From Bacteroidales bacterium (GTDB taxonomy: Bacteria; Bacteroidota; Bacteroidia; Bacteroidales; Muribaculaceae): a stretch of DNA of 64,000 nt. Below are positions 17,320 to 27,383 of the stretch, in pieces. Under the pieces are notes generated by a model, which saw nothing but the letters and a program-made list of their open reading frames with translations, did no database searches and was not told the DNA's origin. The translations under genes were made by a program, and so were the position numbers. Each line of letters opens with the position of its first letter. Position 1 is the stretch's first letter. The DNA lies in the NCBI GenBank assembly GCA_900766975.1, contig CAAFXO010000016.1, positions 1,020 to 65,019 on the forward strand, given 5' to 3'.

Positions 17320-18069
17320 ATGGGCAAGAACAAATTGAAGAAATTTGCAGACATGGAGCGATATGACTGCGTGTTGCAATATCCGCGTGAAGAACTATTG
17401 CGTCTCGGATTTCCACACAAGGGGAAATGGAACGACGAATTATTCTCCCGGGATAGTCCGATAGTGCTCGAATTGGGGTGTGGACGAGGAGAATACACGG
17501 TAGGTCTTGCCCGGCGCTATGTCGACAAGAACTTTGTCGGCATCGACATCAAGGGAGCGAGGATGTGGACCGGCGCCTCGGAAGTGGAGCGCGAAGGGAT
17601 CGACAATGCCCGCTTCTTGAGATGTGAGATCGAGAACATCGACCAATTCTTTGCCCCCTCGGAGGTGGACGAGATCTGGATTACGTTCCCCGATCCACAG
17701 ATGAAGAAGACACGTAAGCGCCTCACCTCGACACGCTTCATCGAGATGTATTGCCGCATACTGAAGCCGGGAGGAGTGATCCATCTGAAGACCGACTCCC
17801 CCTTCCTCTACGAATACACCCGGAGGATGGTAGAGGTCAATGGTTTTGAAGTCTTGACCTGCACTGACGATCTATATGCTTCGGGACTTGCAGATCCGGA
17901 GCGATCGATCAAGACATACTACGAACAGCAATGGCTGTCACGCGGCAAGAGCATCAAACTGATATCATTCAAGCCGAGCTGCGAGCATGAGCTGCAAGAG
18001 CCGCAAGAAGATGACATCGAGCGAGATGACTATCGAGCCATCCCTCGCCCCAATATCACCAATATCTAA
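17320..18069 (+). CDS. trmB: tRNA (guanine46-N7)-methyltransferase
   Basis: 249 aa. LELGCGRGEYTVGLA SAM motif and IWITFPDPQMKKTRKRLTS. Confidence 0.9.
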   Translation: MGKNKLKKFADMERYDCVLQYPREELLRLGFPHKGKWNDELFSRDSPIVLELGCGRGEYTVGLARRYVDKNFVGIDIKGARMWTGASEVEREGIDNARFLRCEIENIDQFFAPSEVDEIWITFPDPQMKKTRKRLTSTRFIEMYCRILKPGGVIHLKTDSPFLYEYTRRMVEVNGFEVLTCTDDLYASGLADPERSIKTYYEQQWLSRGKSIKLISFKPSCEHELQEPQEDDIERDDYRAIPRPNITNI

Positions 18070-18090
18070 ACGAGTCAAAAAAATCCGACC

Positions 18091-19221
18091 ATGATAACGC
18101 TATATCCCAAACTAATCATAGAGGCCTTGGATCATGTAAAATATCCGGGCAATGGCAAGAGTGTAGTAGAGAATGAGATGATCGAAGATGACATCCGCAT
18201 CGATGGTGCGAAAGTGACCTTCACGATGATCTTCGAACGGCCGACCGATCCCTTCATCAAGAGTGTGGTGAGATCGGCAGAGACAGCGATCCGCACCTAC
18301 ATATCACCCGAAGTGGACATCGTGGGGAACATCGCGGTGAAATATCGCAAGCCGCAGGCAGAGAAGCCGGCGACTCTACTGCCGGGAGTGAAGAACATCA
18401 TCGGAGTGTCGAGTGGCAAAGGTGGCGTCGGGAAATCGACGATTGCCGCCAACTTGGCAGTAGGTCTTGCGGCGCGGGGTTATCGTGTAGGTCTTCTTGA
18501 TGCCGACATATTCGGCCCATCGATGCCCAAGATGTTTGGCGTCGAAGATCAGCAGCTCTATATGGTGAATAAGGATGGTCGCGACTGGATCGAGCCTGTG
18601 GAGCGCTATGGCGTAAAGATGCTTTCGATAGGATTCGTGGTCGACAAAGAGAAGCCTGTATTATGGCGTGGAGGGATGGCGAGCAACGCGTTGAAGCAAC
18701 TCATCTCCGACGCCTGGTGGGGCGACTTGGATTACTTCATCATCGACATGCCACCCGGCACGAGCGATATCCATCTGACCTTGGTACAGACCTTGGCGAT
18801 CACCGGCATCGTAGTGGTGAGCACACCTCAAGAGGTGGCACTTGCCGATGCGCGGAAGGGTATCGCCATGTTCACCGACCCGAAGGTGAATGTGCCGATC
18901 TTGGGGCTGGTGGAGAATATGGCATGGTTCACGCCGGCGCAACATCCTGACGAGCGCTACTACATCTTCGGCGAGGGTGGAGGCGTAAGGCTTGCCGAGA
19001 CCACCGGCATACGACTCTTGGCTCAGATACCCTTGGTGATGGATATCCGCGAGCATGCCGACGATGGGGCCCCGGTGGCACTTCAGTTGGCGCAAGATCC
19101 GGAGGGAGCCGATCCGCAAGCCAAGGCATTCGACAAGCTTGCTGTCAGCGTGATCGGAGCCGTGGCAGAGCGCAACCGCATGCAGCCACCCACTCAGCGA
19201 GTAGATGTCAGCAAACGATAA
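18091..19221 (+). CDS. mrp: Mrp/NBP35-family iron-sulfur cluster carrier ATPase
   Basis: 376 aa. DUF59-like N-terminus, deviant Walker A GVSSGKGGVGKSTIAANLA, and DMPPGTSD. Confidence 0.92.
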   Translation: MITLYPKLIIEALDHVKYPGNGKSVVENEMIEDDIRIDGAKVTFTMIFERPTDPFIKSVVRSAETAIRTYISPEVDIVGNIAVKYRKPQAEKPATLLPGVKNIIGVSSGKGGVGKSTIAANLAVGLAARGYRVGLLDADIFGPSMPKMFGVEDQQLYMVNKDGRDWIEPVERYGVKMLSIGFVVDKEKPVLWRGGMASNALKQLISDAWWGDLDYFIIDMPPGTSDIHLTLVQTLAITGIVVVSTPQEVALADARKGIAMFTDPKVNVPILGLVENMAWFTPAQHPDERYYIFGEGGGVRLAETTGIRLLAQIPLVMDIREHADDGAPVALQLAQDPEGADPQAKAFDKLAVSVIGAVAERNRMQPPTQRVDVSKR

Positions 19222-19273
19222 GAGCGCGCTCTGAAGATCAGAAACGCATTATAAAGGTCACAGGAAATTTCGA

Positions 19274-20677
19274 TTATTTTGAAAGCGATACGGAAGTCGG
19301 GGTTAACGCCTCGACTTTTTTGATGTGAGCCACTTCATGCCATAGCACGAAGGCAGCGACAACGAAGGCGATGGCATCGCTGACGGGGAAGGCTGTCCAT
19401 ATACCCTTGAGCCCCATAAAAGATGGAAGGATAAAGAGCAGTGGGATAAGGAATAGGACCTGGCGCGTGAGCGAGAGGAAGAGAGAGCGTCCCGCCTTGC
19501 CGAGAGCCTGGAAGAAATTGGTCACAAGGATTTGGAAACCGACCAGGCTAAAGCAGAGGAGCGTAATCTTCAGGCAACCGACAGCGCTAAGGATCTGAGC
19601 TTCATCCTGCATAAAGAGGCAGGCGATGGGTCGAGGATTGAATACTGCTATCGAACCGATCATAGTTACCGAGACGCTCACGGCGATAGCGAGCCAAAGA
19701 GTGCGGAAGAGGCGAGTATAGTGTTTTGCGCCATAATTATATCCCACGATAGGCTGCATGCCCTGGCAGATACCGATGATGATGAAGATAAATACTGTGG
19801 CATATCGATTGAACACGACGACAGCCGCCACGGCATTGTCGCCGCCATACTCGAGCAGAGAGGTATTGATGACAGCATTGACACCGGAGTTAGCCACATT
19901 GATCATGAAGGGAGCCATGCCGATATATAGCACACTTCGGATTAACTTCCAATCCAACTTGAATGCACCGCGGGTGAAATGGAGCACATTATTCTTATTG
20001 AAGAAATGGCTCATGACCCAAGTGGCAGTGATGGTCATGGAGATATCGGTGGCAATAGCTGCACCACGTATACCCCATCCGAAGACGAAAAGGAAGATCG
20101 GGGCTAAAATGGCATTGAGAATAGAGCCAATCAGATTGGTATACATAGCCTTGGCGGGATATCCGGAGGCACGCATCACATTATTATAGGAATAAGTCAG
20201 ATTCATGAGCACCATGCCGGGGAGGACCCACATCAAGAACTCATGTGCGTAAGGGAGCGACTGAGGAGAAGCACCGAACAATACGAGCAGAGGGTCGAGG
20301 AAGAAGATGAATCCCAAGACATATAGCAGTCCGATCAGGATGGTGAGTTGGACACAATTACCGAGGATAATTTCGGCAGTGCGCTTATCATTCTGCCCCA
20401 TAACGATGGATACACGGGTGCATGCGCCGATTCCGACGAGCATACCGAGCGCACTGACGATATTCATCACGGGGAAAGTAATAGCCATACCGGCGACGAC
20501 GGCAGGGTCGTCGATGGCATGGCCTATCACCATGGAGTCAATAATATTATACAGAGCGTTAGCCACCGTGCCGACGACGGCAGGTAGGCTATACTTCAAG
20601 AGCAAACCGGCGATCGGTGCATTGCCAAGTTCTTCAATACGTTGAGTATTATCGATCGGTTTGCGATTACTCATCAA
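19274..20677 (-). CDS. MATE-family efflux transporter
   Basis: 467 aa, 12 predicted TM segments. N-terminus LLKYSLPAVVGTVANALYNIIDSMVIGH is typical of NorM-like MATE proteins. Its start overlaps the upstream phosphatase stop by 4 bp. Confidence 0.85.
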   Translation of the reverse strand: MMSNRKPIDNTQRIEELGNAPIAGLLLKYSLPAVVGTVANALYNIIDSMVIGHAIDDPAVVAGMAITFPVMNIVSALGMLVGIGACTRVSIVMGQNDKRTAEIILGNCVQLTILIGLLYVLGFIFFLDPLLVLFGASPQSLPYAHEFLMWVLPGMVLMNLTYSYNNVMRASGYPAKAMYTNLIGSILNAILAPIFLFVFGWGIRGAAIATDISMTITATWVMSHFFNKNNVLHFTRGAFKLDWKLIRSVLYIGMAPFMINVANSGVNAVINTSLLEYGGDNAVAAVVVFNRYATVFIFIIIGICQGMQPIVGYNYGAKHYTRLFRTLWLAIAVSVSVTMIGSIAVFNPRPIACLFMQDEAQILSAVGCLKITLLCFSLVGFQILVTNFFQALGKAGRSLFLSLTRQVLFLIPLLFILPSFMGLKGIWTAFPVSDAIAFVVAAFVLWHEVAHIKKVEALTPTSVSLSK

Positions 20678-21405
20678 ACGATGGCTGGGTTATGAGCCAC
20701 CTCCACGAGCTGACGGAGGGAGGCTGCATGTTTGGGGCTCTTCTGTATGACGTGTTCGAAAACGAACTTCTTGTGGACATCCGAAGCGACGAGGTCGATC
20801 ATTTTCTCCTTGAGCATCCACTCCAACTTCTGACGAGCCGTTTGGCCGTAACCGCCGATGAGCGATATATAATTGCACTGGAAGAGGAGTCCCTTGCTCT
20901 TCCACTTGCGATAATCATTCTCATTCATATAGCGATAACGTTCGGGGTGTGCCAGGATAGGGATATAACCGAGTTTGAAGACATCCTCGATCATAGCCTC
21001 CATGCCGTAGGGAGCGTTGATATAAGAAGTTTCGACCAGGAGGTGCTCCTTATCTCTGCCTATAGGGAGGAAATCATTTTCGCGAAGTCTCTCCTCGAAT
21101 AGAGAGTCGAGCATATTCTCGGAAGCGAGATTTAGTTCGACACCCCCCTTATACGCCTGCTTGAGCTCCTCGAAGCGCTCGCGAAGGCGCTGAGTAGTGT
21201 TGGGGCAATCCTCCATAACGTGAGGAGTAAGCCACACCTTCTTGATGCCTTGAGCTTCGAAAGCGGCAAGAGTATCGAGCGACTCGTCCATGGTGCGGAT
21301 GCCATCATCCACACCCGGCAGGATATGAGAATGCCAGTCGGTGAAGCCTTCAAAGAGGCCTGATTTTGCGAGTTTATCGACTGATTTAAAAGGCCAAATT
21401 GACAT
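20674..21405 (-). CDS. PHP-family (CpsB/YwqE-type) protein-tyrosine phosphatase
   Basis: 243 aa. FTDWHSHILPGVDDG metal-binding motif, LTPHV, LAHPERY, ASDVH. Confidence 0.75.
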   Translation of the reverse strand: MSIWPFKSVDKLAKSGLFEGFTDWHSHILPGVDDGIRTMDESLDTLAAFEAQGIKKVWLTPHVMEDCPNTTQRLRERFEELKQAYKGGVELNLASENMLDSLFEERLRENDFLPIGRDKEHLLVETSYINAPYGMEAMIEDVFKLGYIPILAHPERYRYMNENDYRKWKSKGLLFQCNYISLIGGYGQTARQKLEWMLKEKMIDLVASDVHKKFVFEHVIQKSPKHAASLRQLVEVAHNPAIV

Positions 21406-21427
21406 AAATAACAGTGTATCTTAATAA

Positions 21428-23848
21428 TTATCCCTCAACTGAATAAGCAGAAGCGTAATAGCCACGAGAGCCATAACGAGAATTAGGGGCATCTGTGCCG
21501 TTGAGCAGGACCGACATTTGATTGAAACGATAGTTCTTATATAGTTCATCGATTTCAGGCACGGAGACCTTATCGAGGAGACCGGCACGAGCCACGAATA
21601 TGGTGGAATCAGCGAGAGGGGCGACAACTTGAGTATCGACGACGATATCCACCGGGGGGCAATCGAGGAAGATATAATCATATTGAGCGGAAGCCTCCTG
21701 AACAAGAGTCTTCATGCGTGGAGTCTCAAGGAGCTCGGCAGGGTTGGGAGGACGGTGGCCGATGGGGAGGATGTCGAGAGTAGCCTCCTCTTCATCCTTA
21801 ACGACGAGATTTTTCCAGTCGGGAACAGAGCCGGTGAGATAAGATGTGATGCCACGAGAAGGCATACCTATGAACTGCGAAGCGGATCCATGACGGAGGT
21901 CACAGTCGATGATGAGCACACGTTTATTCTTGATGGCAAACGAGCTGGCGAGGTTGAAAGTCACGAACGACTTGCCGCTGCCGGGATTGAAGGAAGTGAT
22001 CAAGATGACGTGAGAATTTCCGCCGCGATTCATAAAGCTGATATTACCACGGACAATTCGGAACGACTCATTGATGACATCGCGGCTGCCACGGCTGACG
22101 CGTGCCGGAAGAGTTTCATTATTCTCCTTCTTCTTCGACCCGAATATTTTGAGGAGTTTGCCGATCTTATTTTCCACCTTTCCGACCATAGGAATTTCGC
22201 CGATAAAAGGAGTCGACATGTGTTCGAGATCCTTGCGCGAGCGCACCTTGGTGTTGGTAGACTCCTTAACATAAACGATACCTGCGGGGAAAAGGAGACC
22301 GAGGATGAACATCACCGCCACGGTGAGTACGGGCTTGGGAGATACAGGCTCTACCGGGCCGCTGGGAGGGGTGATGACACGAGTATTGTCGGCGGTAAAG
22401 GTCTGGTTGAGTTCATTCTCCTCGCGCTTCTGCAGCAGGTATAGATATAGTTCCTCTTTGACCTTCTGCTGACGCTCGACGCTAAGGAGATGCTTGGCTT
22501 GAGTTGGAGCAGATGCGAGCTGGCTGCGGAGAGTGGCTTGCTGCCCTTGGAGAGAAGCGACATTCTTCTGGAGGCTCACCACCTGATTGTTCAGACCCCG
22601 CTCGATAGCCTCGCGCATACCGGCGAGTTGCTGATCGTAGTCGAGCACAATGGGGTTGGTGGCGGAAGTGCTTTCAGCCACATTGTTGCGAGTCAGAAGC
22701 GTGGTGTTATAAGTAGTGATTTGAGTTTCAAGCTGAGGACTTGTAGCGCCGGTGTTGACCGGAATCACTTTAAACTTATTGGAGGGAGTTCTGACATAGT
22801 CATAGACATACTGTGCCATGCCGAGCTGAGCGGTAGCCTCGCGGAGCAGCGCCTCATTGCTTTGCGAAGACTCGAGGTTGAGGCGAGCCGACTCCTTGAG
22901 GTCGGGCACGAGAGTCTGCGACTTATAGTTCATGATTTCAGAATCCACGACGCCGAGTTCCTTCTGGATCAGTTCAAGGCGCTCATCGATGAACTGAGAA
23001 GTAGCGACAGCCATACGATTCTTATCGGAGACATACTTGGAAGTATAGACATCGAGGATGGTATTGAGTACATCGTCGGCACGCTGGATAGAGACATCCT
23101 TGATGCTGAGGTCGATCACGGTAGCATCGCGGTCGGTAAGGTCACCGACAAGTTTCTTGCTATAACTTTCGACGGTCTTGAGGAATGAGCGACGAGTCAC
23201 CTTAATATTTACAGTCTTCTCACGCGGAGTGGGGACATACTTCTCGTTGACCTCAAAATGAACAGTACCGATAGGGGTCTTCACGGTGCAAGGTGTGGTA
23301 TTTGCCACTTTCACCTCGCCGGGCAACTTGTGGGTGCCATCGGCATCGATAAGTTTGAACTTATAGAGGCGCGCCGAGCCGTCGGGTTGGAGTTCAATCG
23401 TGAATATACCCCCCATGCCGGGATCGAGATCGGGAATCTTGATCTTGAAAGGGAGGTTGGTGCCATATAGAGTTTTGCCATGAGGGAAACCCTTCTGATA
23501 ATAATTGACATCGAGGCCGAGGCGCTGCACGACTTCAGTCATGACCGCCGGCGACTTCAGAGAAATCAACTCATTATATACATTGGTATTGGTCGAGACG
23601 AGACCCAACTTGGAGAAAGAGCTGGCGATATCGCCCATGCCGCCGCCGCCATCTTGATCCTTGATAAGGACCTGCATGGTGCGTTTGAATCCGGACTCCT
23701 TGATAGCGACGTAAGCCACACCCAAGAATGTAAAGAAGATTACAGAGAAGAGGAACCACTTCCACTTCAGAGAGCATGCTTTGAAGAACTGACCAAGGGA
23801 GAACGACTCCTCTTGTTTCGACTTTTTATTTTCTTTTATATCTTCCAT
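21428..23848 (-). CDS. polysaccharide co-polymerase / tyrosine autokinase (Wzc-like)
   Basis: 806 aa. Two TM segments flank a large coiled periplasmic region. Walker A TSFNPGSGKSFVTFNLA, DCDLRHG, and a Tyr-rich tail RYGSRGYYASAYS. Confidence 0.88.
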   Translation of the reverse strand: MEDIKENKKSKQEESFSLGQFFKACSLKWKWFLFSVIFFTFLGVAYVAIKESGFKRTMQVLIKDQDGGGGMGDIASSFSKLGLVSTNTNVYNELISLKSPAVMTEVVQRLGLDVNYYQKGFPHGKTLYGTNLPFKIKIPDLDPGMGGIFTIELQPDGSARLYKFKLIDADGTHKLPGEVKVANTTPCTVKTPIGTVHFEVNEKYVPTPREKTVNIKVTRRSFLKTVESYSKKLVGDLTDRDATVIDLSIKDVSIQRADDVLNTILDVYTSKYVSDKNRMAVATSQFIDERLELIQKELGVVDSEIMNYKSQTLVPDLKESARLNLESSQSNEALLREATAQLGMAQYVYDYVRTPSNKFKVIPVNTGATSPQLETQITTYNTTLLTRNNVAESTSATNPIVLDYDQQLAGMREAIERGLNNQVVSLQKNVASLQGQQATLRSQLASAPTQAKHLLSVERQQKVKEELYLYLLQKREENELNQTFTADNTRVITPPSGPVEPVSPKPVLTVAVMFILGLLFPAGIVYVKESTNTKVRSRKDLEHMSTPFIGEIPMVGKVENKIGKLLKIFGSKKKENNETLPARVSRGSRDVINESFRIVRGNISFMNRGGNSHVILITSFNPGSGKSFVTFNLASSFAIKNKRVLIIDCDLRHGSASQFIGMPSRGITSYLTGSVPDWKNLVVKDEEEATLDILPIGHRPPNPAELLETPRMKTLVQEASAQYDYIFLDCPPVDIVVDTQVVAPLADSTIFVARAGLLDKVSVPEIDELYKNYRFNQMSVLLNGTDAPNSRYGSRGYYASAYSVEG

Positions 23849-23975
23849 TAAGTATATACGCGATAATAAGTTATGGCTTCACACGAGCGAGGATAGAAAA
23901 GCGCAACAATGTGATAGCATATAGATATACGCTAAAGCGCCCCAATTTATTGCATAAAAGTTAAAGAAATTGGGA

Positions 23976-24812
23976 TTATTTAACAAAAACTCCGACAGTA
24001 GTGACAGCGGTGGTGATCAGTGATGCCACAGAAATCCAGAAGCTGACGCTGAGGGCGGAGTTACCATTGACGGTAGTTTGGCGCTTACGCATCGAGTTGG
24101 GTTCGGCATAGACGATATCGTTTTGCTGAAGATAGAACACGGGAGACTGCGCCACTTCGGTGAGGTTGGTAAGGTCGAGAGTATATGTTTTGAGTTGGCC
24201 ATTTTCCTCACGGACCACCTTTATATTATCACGGCGAGCGAGAATATTGAGGTCACCGGCGAGTGCGATGGCTTCGAGGATATTCAGTTGATCCTTATTG
24301 ATGTCATAACGTCCGGGAGAATTGAACTCGCCGAGCATATTGATGCCGGTATTTAGGAACTCTACAGTGACCGTAGGGTCTTTGACGAGGCTACGCCCCA
24401 TTAGCTCCCCTTTGATATAAGCGGCGATCTCTTGACGGGTCATATCGGCGATATGGAGCGAACCGAGCATCGGGAAGTCGATATTACCTTCATTATTGAC
24501 AGTATAATAGGAGATAGCGTCGGTGGCAGTGGGTTGATAAGTGCGGTTGGTGACGCCATTGATATCGGAAGTCTGCGACGTACCGACTCGGTTGGTATAA
24601 ACCGGGAGGTTGAAGAGCGAGCTGACATCGGCGTCTTTCGACTTGACGACGATAGAGAGCTTATCGTTGGCGCGAGCCTTGATAGGGTTAACGCTAATCG
24701 CACTTATCACTGCTTGATTATCCTGAAAGTAAGCGACTTTCTTAGGAGTGGAGCAAGACGTTGCCAGGATCGAGGCGATCAGGACAGCGCCATAGACGAG
24801 GATTTTTTTCAT
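23976..24812 (-). CDS. polysaccharide export outer-membrane lipoprotein (Wza-like, SLBB domain)
   Basis: 278 aa from MKKILVYGAVLIASILATSCS (lipobox). Also has GDLNILARRDNIKV-type SLBB features. The ORF-track start at 24827 adds 5 codons. Confidence 0.8.
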   Translation of the reverse strand: MKKILVYGAVLIASILATSCSTPKKVAYFQDNQAVISAISVNPIKARANDKLSIVVKSKDADVSSLFNLPVYTNRVGTSQTSDINGVTNRTYQPTATDAISYYTVNNEGNIDFPMLGSLHIADMTRQEIAAYIKGELMGRSLVKDPTVTVEFLNTGINMLGEFNSPGRYDINKDQLNILEAIALAGDLNILARRDNIKVVREENGQLKTYTLDLTNLTEVAQSPVFYLQQNDIVYAEPNSMRKRQTTVNGNSALSVSFWISVASLITTAVTTVGVFVK

Positions 24813-24868
24813 TTTAACGAGCGGCATGTCATCGAGGGGATGGCATAGCCGTAAGAATTAAAGATTAA

Positions 24869-25999
24869 CTAATCGTATAATACGACACCGAGGCGTTTTT
24901 CGCGAGATCGGATGGAATGAGTCAGCAAAATATTAGCGAAGACCCAGACCGCGATATCGCCCAAAATCACCAGGGTCGGATTCAAATATGGGGATACCCA
25001 TAGGTTCATTATCACGAAAACAGCATCAGCTGCGAGGATGGCAATCAGCGCCTGCCACTGGCGGCAGCCGAGAGCCAGAAGCTTATGATGTATATGGCAA
25101 CGATCGGGGAGGAAGGGATTGCGACCCTTTCTCAGGCGATGGAAGAAGACTCTGACCACGTCGAAACATGGGAGGAGGATCGGCGCTACCGCCAAGATGA
25201 AAATATTATTGCCCGTAGTGACAGACTCCTGCGGGATGCTGAAAGCCTGAAGGGCCATGAACGAGAGCACAACGCCGATGGTCAGCGTGCCGGTGTCGCC
25301 CATAAATATTTTCTTATGTTTTTCGACTTTGCCGAATACATTATAATAGAAGAACGGAATAAGTGTACCAAATGTTGCACCGATGAACATAGCATACACA
25401 TAATGTCCGGTCGAGATGAAGACAAAACTATAAAGAGCCATAGCGATGATACTGATGCCGGAAGCCAAGCCGTCGATACCATCGATCAGGTTGATGGCAT
25501 TGGTGATATACACCACTAAGAAGACGGCAGTGATCCAGCCCAAGATCGTGGGCCACTGATGGATTCCGAGGAATCCATAGAGGTCGGCAGGCCACAGCCC
25601 GGCGAGTACGAAGATACTGCCGGCGATGACCTGGAACAAGAACTTGGTGCGATAGCGCACCTGCACCAAATCATCGGCAATACCGATCATATACATCAGC
25701 ATCAACGAACAAAAGAGGAAGAAGATGTTGATGATCGACCCCGGAAGGAGACCGCCGATTCCATTGAGTTGGAACCTTACGTTTATGCCCAAGACGATGC
25801 AGAACGAGAAAGTGAGAGCCGGCAAGAAAGCTATACCTCCAAGACGGGGCACAACTCCCTTATGGATCTTACGATCGTCGACATCATCATATAGACTTCT
25901 CCTGCGTGCTATCCGCATAATAGAGGGTAGGATTACACCTGCCAGCACTACAGAGACAACAATGCAGAGAATATAGTTTAAAATCCAATATACCATCAC
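24869..25999 (-). CDS. MraY/WecA-family (GT4) undecaprenyl-phosphate HexNAc-1-phosphate transferase
   Basis: 376 aa, polytopic. DDRKIHKGVVPRLGG, NLIDGIDGLA, FMGDTGTL. Confidence 0.8.
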   Translation of the reverse strand: MMVYWILNYILCIVVSVVLAGVILPSIMRIARRRSLYDDVDDRKIHKGVVPRLGGIAFLPALTFSFCIVLGINVRFQLNGIGGLLPGSIINIFFLFCSLMLMYMIGIADDLVQVRYRTKFLFQVIAGSIFVLAGLWPADLYGFLGIHQWPTILGWITAVFLVVYITNAINLIDGIDGLASGISIIAMALYSFVFISTGHYVYAMFIGATFGTLIPFFYYNVFGKVEKHKKIFMGDTGTLTIGVVLSFMALQAFSIPQESVTTGNNIFILAVAPILLPCFDVVRVFFHRLRKGRNPFLPDRCHIHHKLLALGCRQWQALIAILAADAVFVIMNLWVSPYLNPTLVILGDIAVWVFANILLTHSIRSREKRLGVVLYD

Positions 26000-26066
26000 A
26001 AAACTCTTTGATCATAACGAGCTCGGCCAACTCCTTGGCGTAAGCCCGCATTCTCCATAAATTATG

Positions 26067-26074
26067 CAAAAGTA
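26067..26074 (-). promoter_or_regulatory. -7 box TACTTTTG (minus strand) for the wecA-like/wza/wzc operon
   Basis: CAAAAGTA on the plus strand, about 70 nt upstream of the ATG at 25999. Confidence 0.45.
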
Positions 26075-26157
26075 CGAAATTTTTGATAGATGACAAAATA
26101 TCTGACCAATCTAATTGCAATTTGACACAAATTCTTGGCTATTTCGCGGATAATGAG

Positions 26158-26165
26158 TAATTTTG
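26158..26165 (+). promoter_or_regulatory. -7 box TAATTTTG for panB
   Basis: Exact TAnnTTTG, 41 nt before the ATG at 26206. Confidence 0.5.
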
Positions 26166-26205
26166 CAAACTGATTTGTTAGAAATAGTCGTAACGTCGGG
26201 TCGTT

Positions 26206-27048
26206 ATGACAAAAATATGTAAAGAAATGTCGACCAATACAACAGACAACTCTCGGAAAGTGACCACAATAAGGCTTGTCGAGATGAAGCAACGAGGGGA
26301 GAAAATCTCGATGCTGACAGCCTACGATTATTCCTCAGCCAAGATCATCGATGGGGCGGGGATAGATGTAATTCTGGTGGGAGATTCCGCCTCGAATGTA
26401 ATGGCGGGCAATATGACCACCTTGCCAATCACGTTAGACCAGATGATCTATCACGCCAAGTCGGTGATGAAAGCCACGCGCCGAGCACTGGTGGTGGTGG
26501 ATCTACCCTTCGGATCTTATCAAGGGAACTCGAAAGAGGCGTTGACCTCCGCGATCCGCATCATGAAAGAGAGTCATGCCGAGGCAGTAAAGATGGAGGG
26601 AGGCTCGGAGATTCGCGAATCTGTGGAGCGCATCCTCTGTGCCGGCATTCCGGTGATGGGACACTTGGGGCTGACCCCTCAGAGCATCAATAAATTCGGC
26701 ACCTACAGTGTGCGAGCCCGTCAGAAAGAAGAGGCAGAGAAGCTGATCGCTGATGCCAAGATGCTGGAAGAGATCGGCTGCTTCGCCATCGTCTTGGAGA
26801 AGATTCCGGCAGAATTGGCAGCGGAAGTATCGCGACAGCTCACGATTCCGACGATCGGTATCGGCGCCGGTGGAGGCACGGATGGCCAGGTCTTGGTGAT
26901 GCACGACATGCTGGGCATCAACCAGGGGTTCTCGCCCCGATTCCTGCGTCGATATGCCGACTTGGCGTCAGTGATGCATGACGCTGTGGGACGCTATATC
27001 GAAGATGTAAAATCGGGAGACTTCCCCACGCCCGAAGAGTCATACTAA
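26206..27048 (+). CDS. panB: 3-methyl-2-oxobutanoate hydroxymethyltransferase
   Basis: 280 aa. [34 protein letters not shown] and VKMEGG. Confidence 0.93.
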   Translation: MTKICKEMSTNTTDNSRKVTTIRLVEMKQRGEKISMLTAYDYSSAKIIDGAGIDVILVGDSASNVMAGNMTTLPITLDQMIYHAKSVMKATRRALVVVDLPFGSYQGNSKEALTSAIRIMKESHAEAVKMEGGSEIRESVERILCAGIPVMGHLGLTPQSINKFGTYSVRARQKEEAEKLIADAKMLEEIGCFAIVLEKIPAELAAEVSRQLTIPTIGIGAGGGTDGQVLVMHDMLGINQGFSPRFLRRYADLASVMHDAVGRYIEDVKSGDFPTPEESY

Positions 27049-27101
27049 TAAAAAAAGCTCATTGAGAGTGCTGAAAATTTTAGATATTGACAAAAAATTG
27101 C

Positions 27102-27109
27102 TAACTTTG
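27102..27109 (+). promoter_or_regulatory. -7 box TAACTTTG heading the car/pyr operon, followed by a ~270-nt leader
   Basis: Exact TAnnTTTG. It is the only such box between panB and carA, and none occurs in the gaps between carA and pyrB. Confidence 0.5.
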
Positions 27110-27383
27110 CGGAGCAATTCGAAAGAGGTATGAAAAAAGAGCATTACCGATGTCGCAAGATGCGAATCGGGAATTTTGCCATAAGACATCAAATGATCGA
27201 GTCGGCATCTTACGATCGGAGGCATAGCCAGCCGGTAGTAAGGCAAAACGTCGACATCGCAAGCCGCTTTTTCCCAATAATGGAGGTTGCGTCGTAATGA
27301 CCATCTCCATAAGAGCCGGGAAAACGCGGCATTTTTTATAATTCAACCTGAAAAAGAAACCAAAACAAGAGAAACGAGCAGAT

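Noticed and set aside
19274-20677. Calling the MATE protein a Wzx O-unit flippase outright
   Set aside because: The N-terminal LLKYSLPAVVG...NALYNIID motif and 12-TM layout look like NorM-type MATE efflux pumps. Operon context alone is not enough, so I raised it only as a question.
27130-27297. 55-codon ORF (MKKEHYRCRKMRIGNF...) in the carA leader as a leader peptide or small protein
   Set aside because: It has no pyrimidine-related codon logic, no hydrophobic or conserved pattern, and an Arg-rich composition typical of random GC-moderate DNA. I kept it only as a remark under the leader finding.
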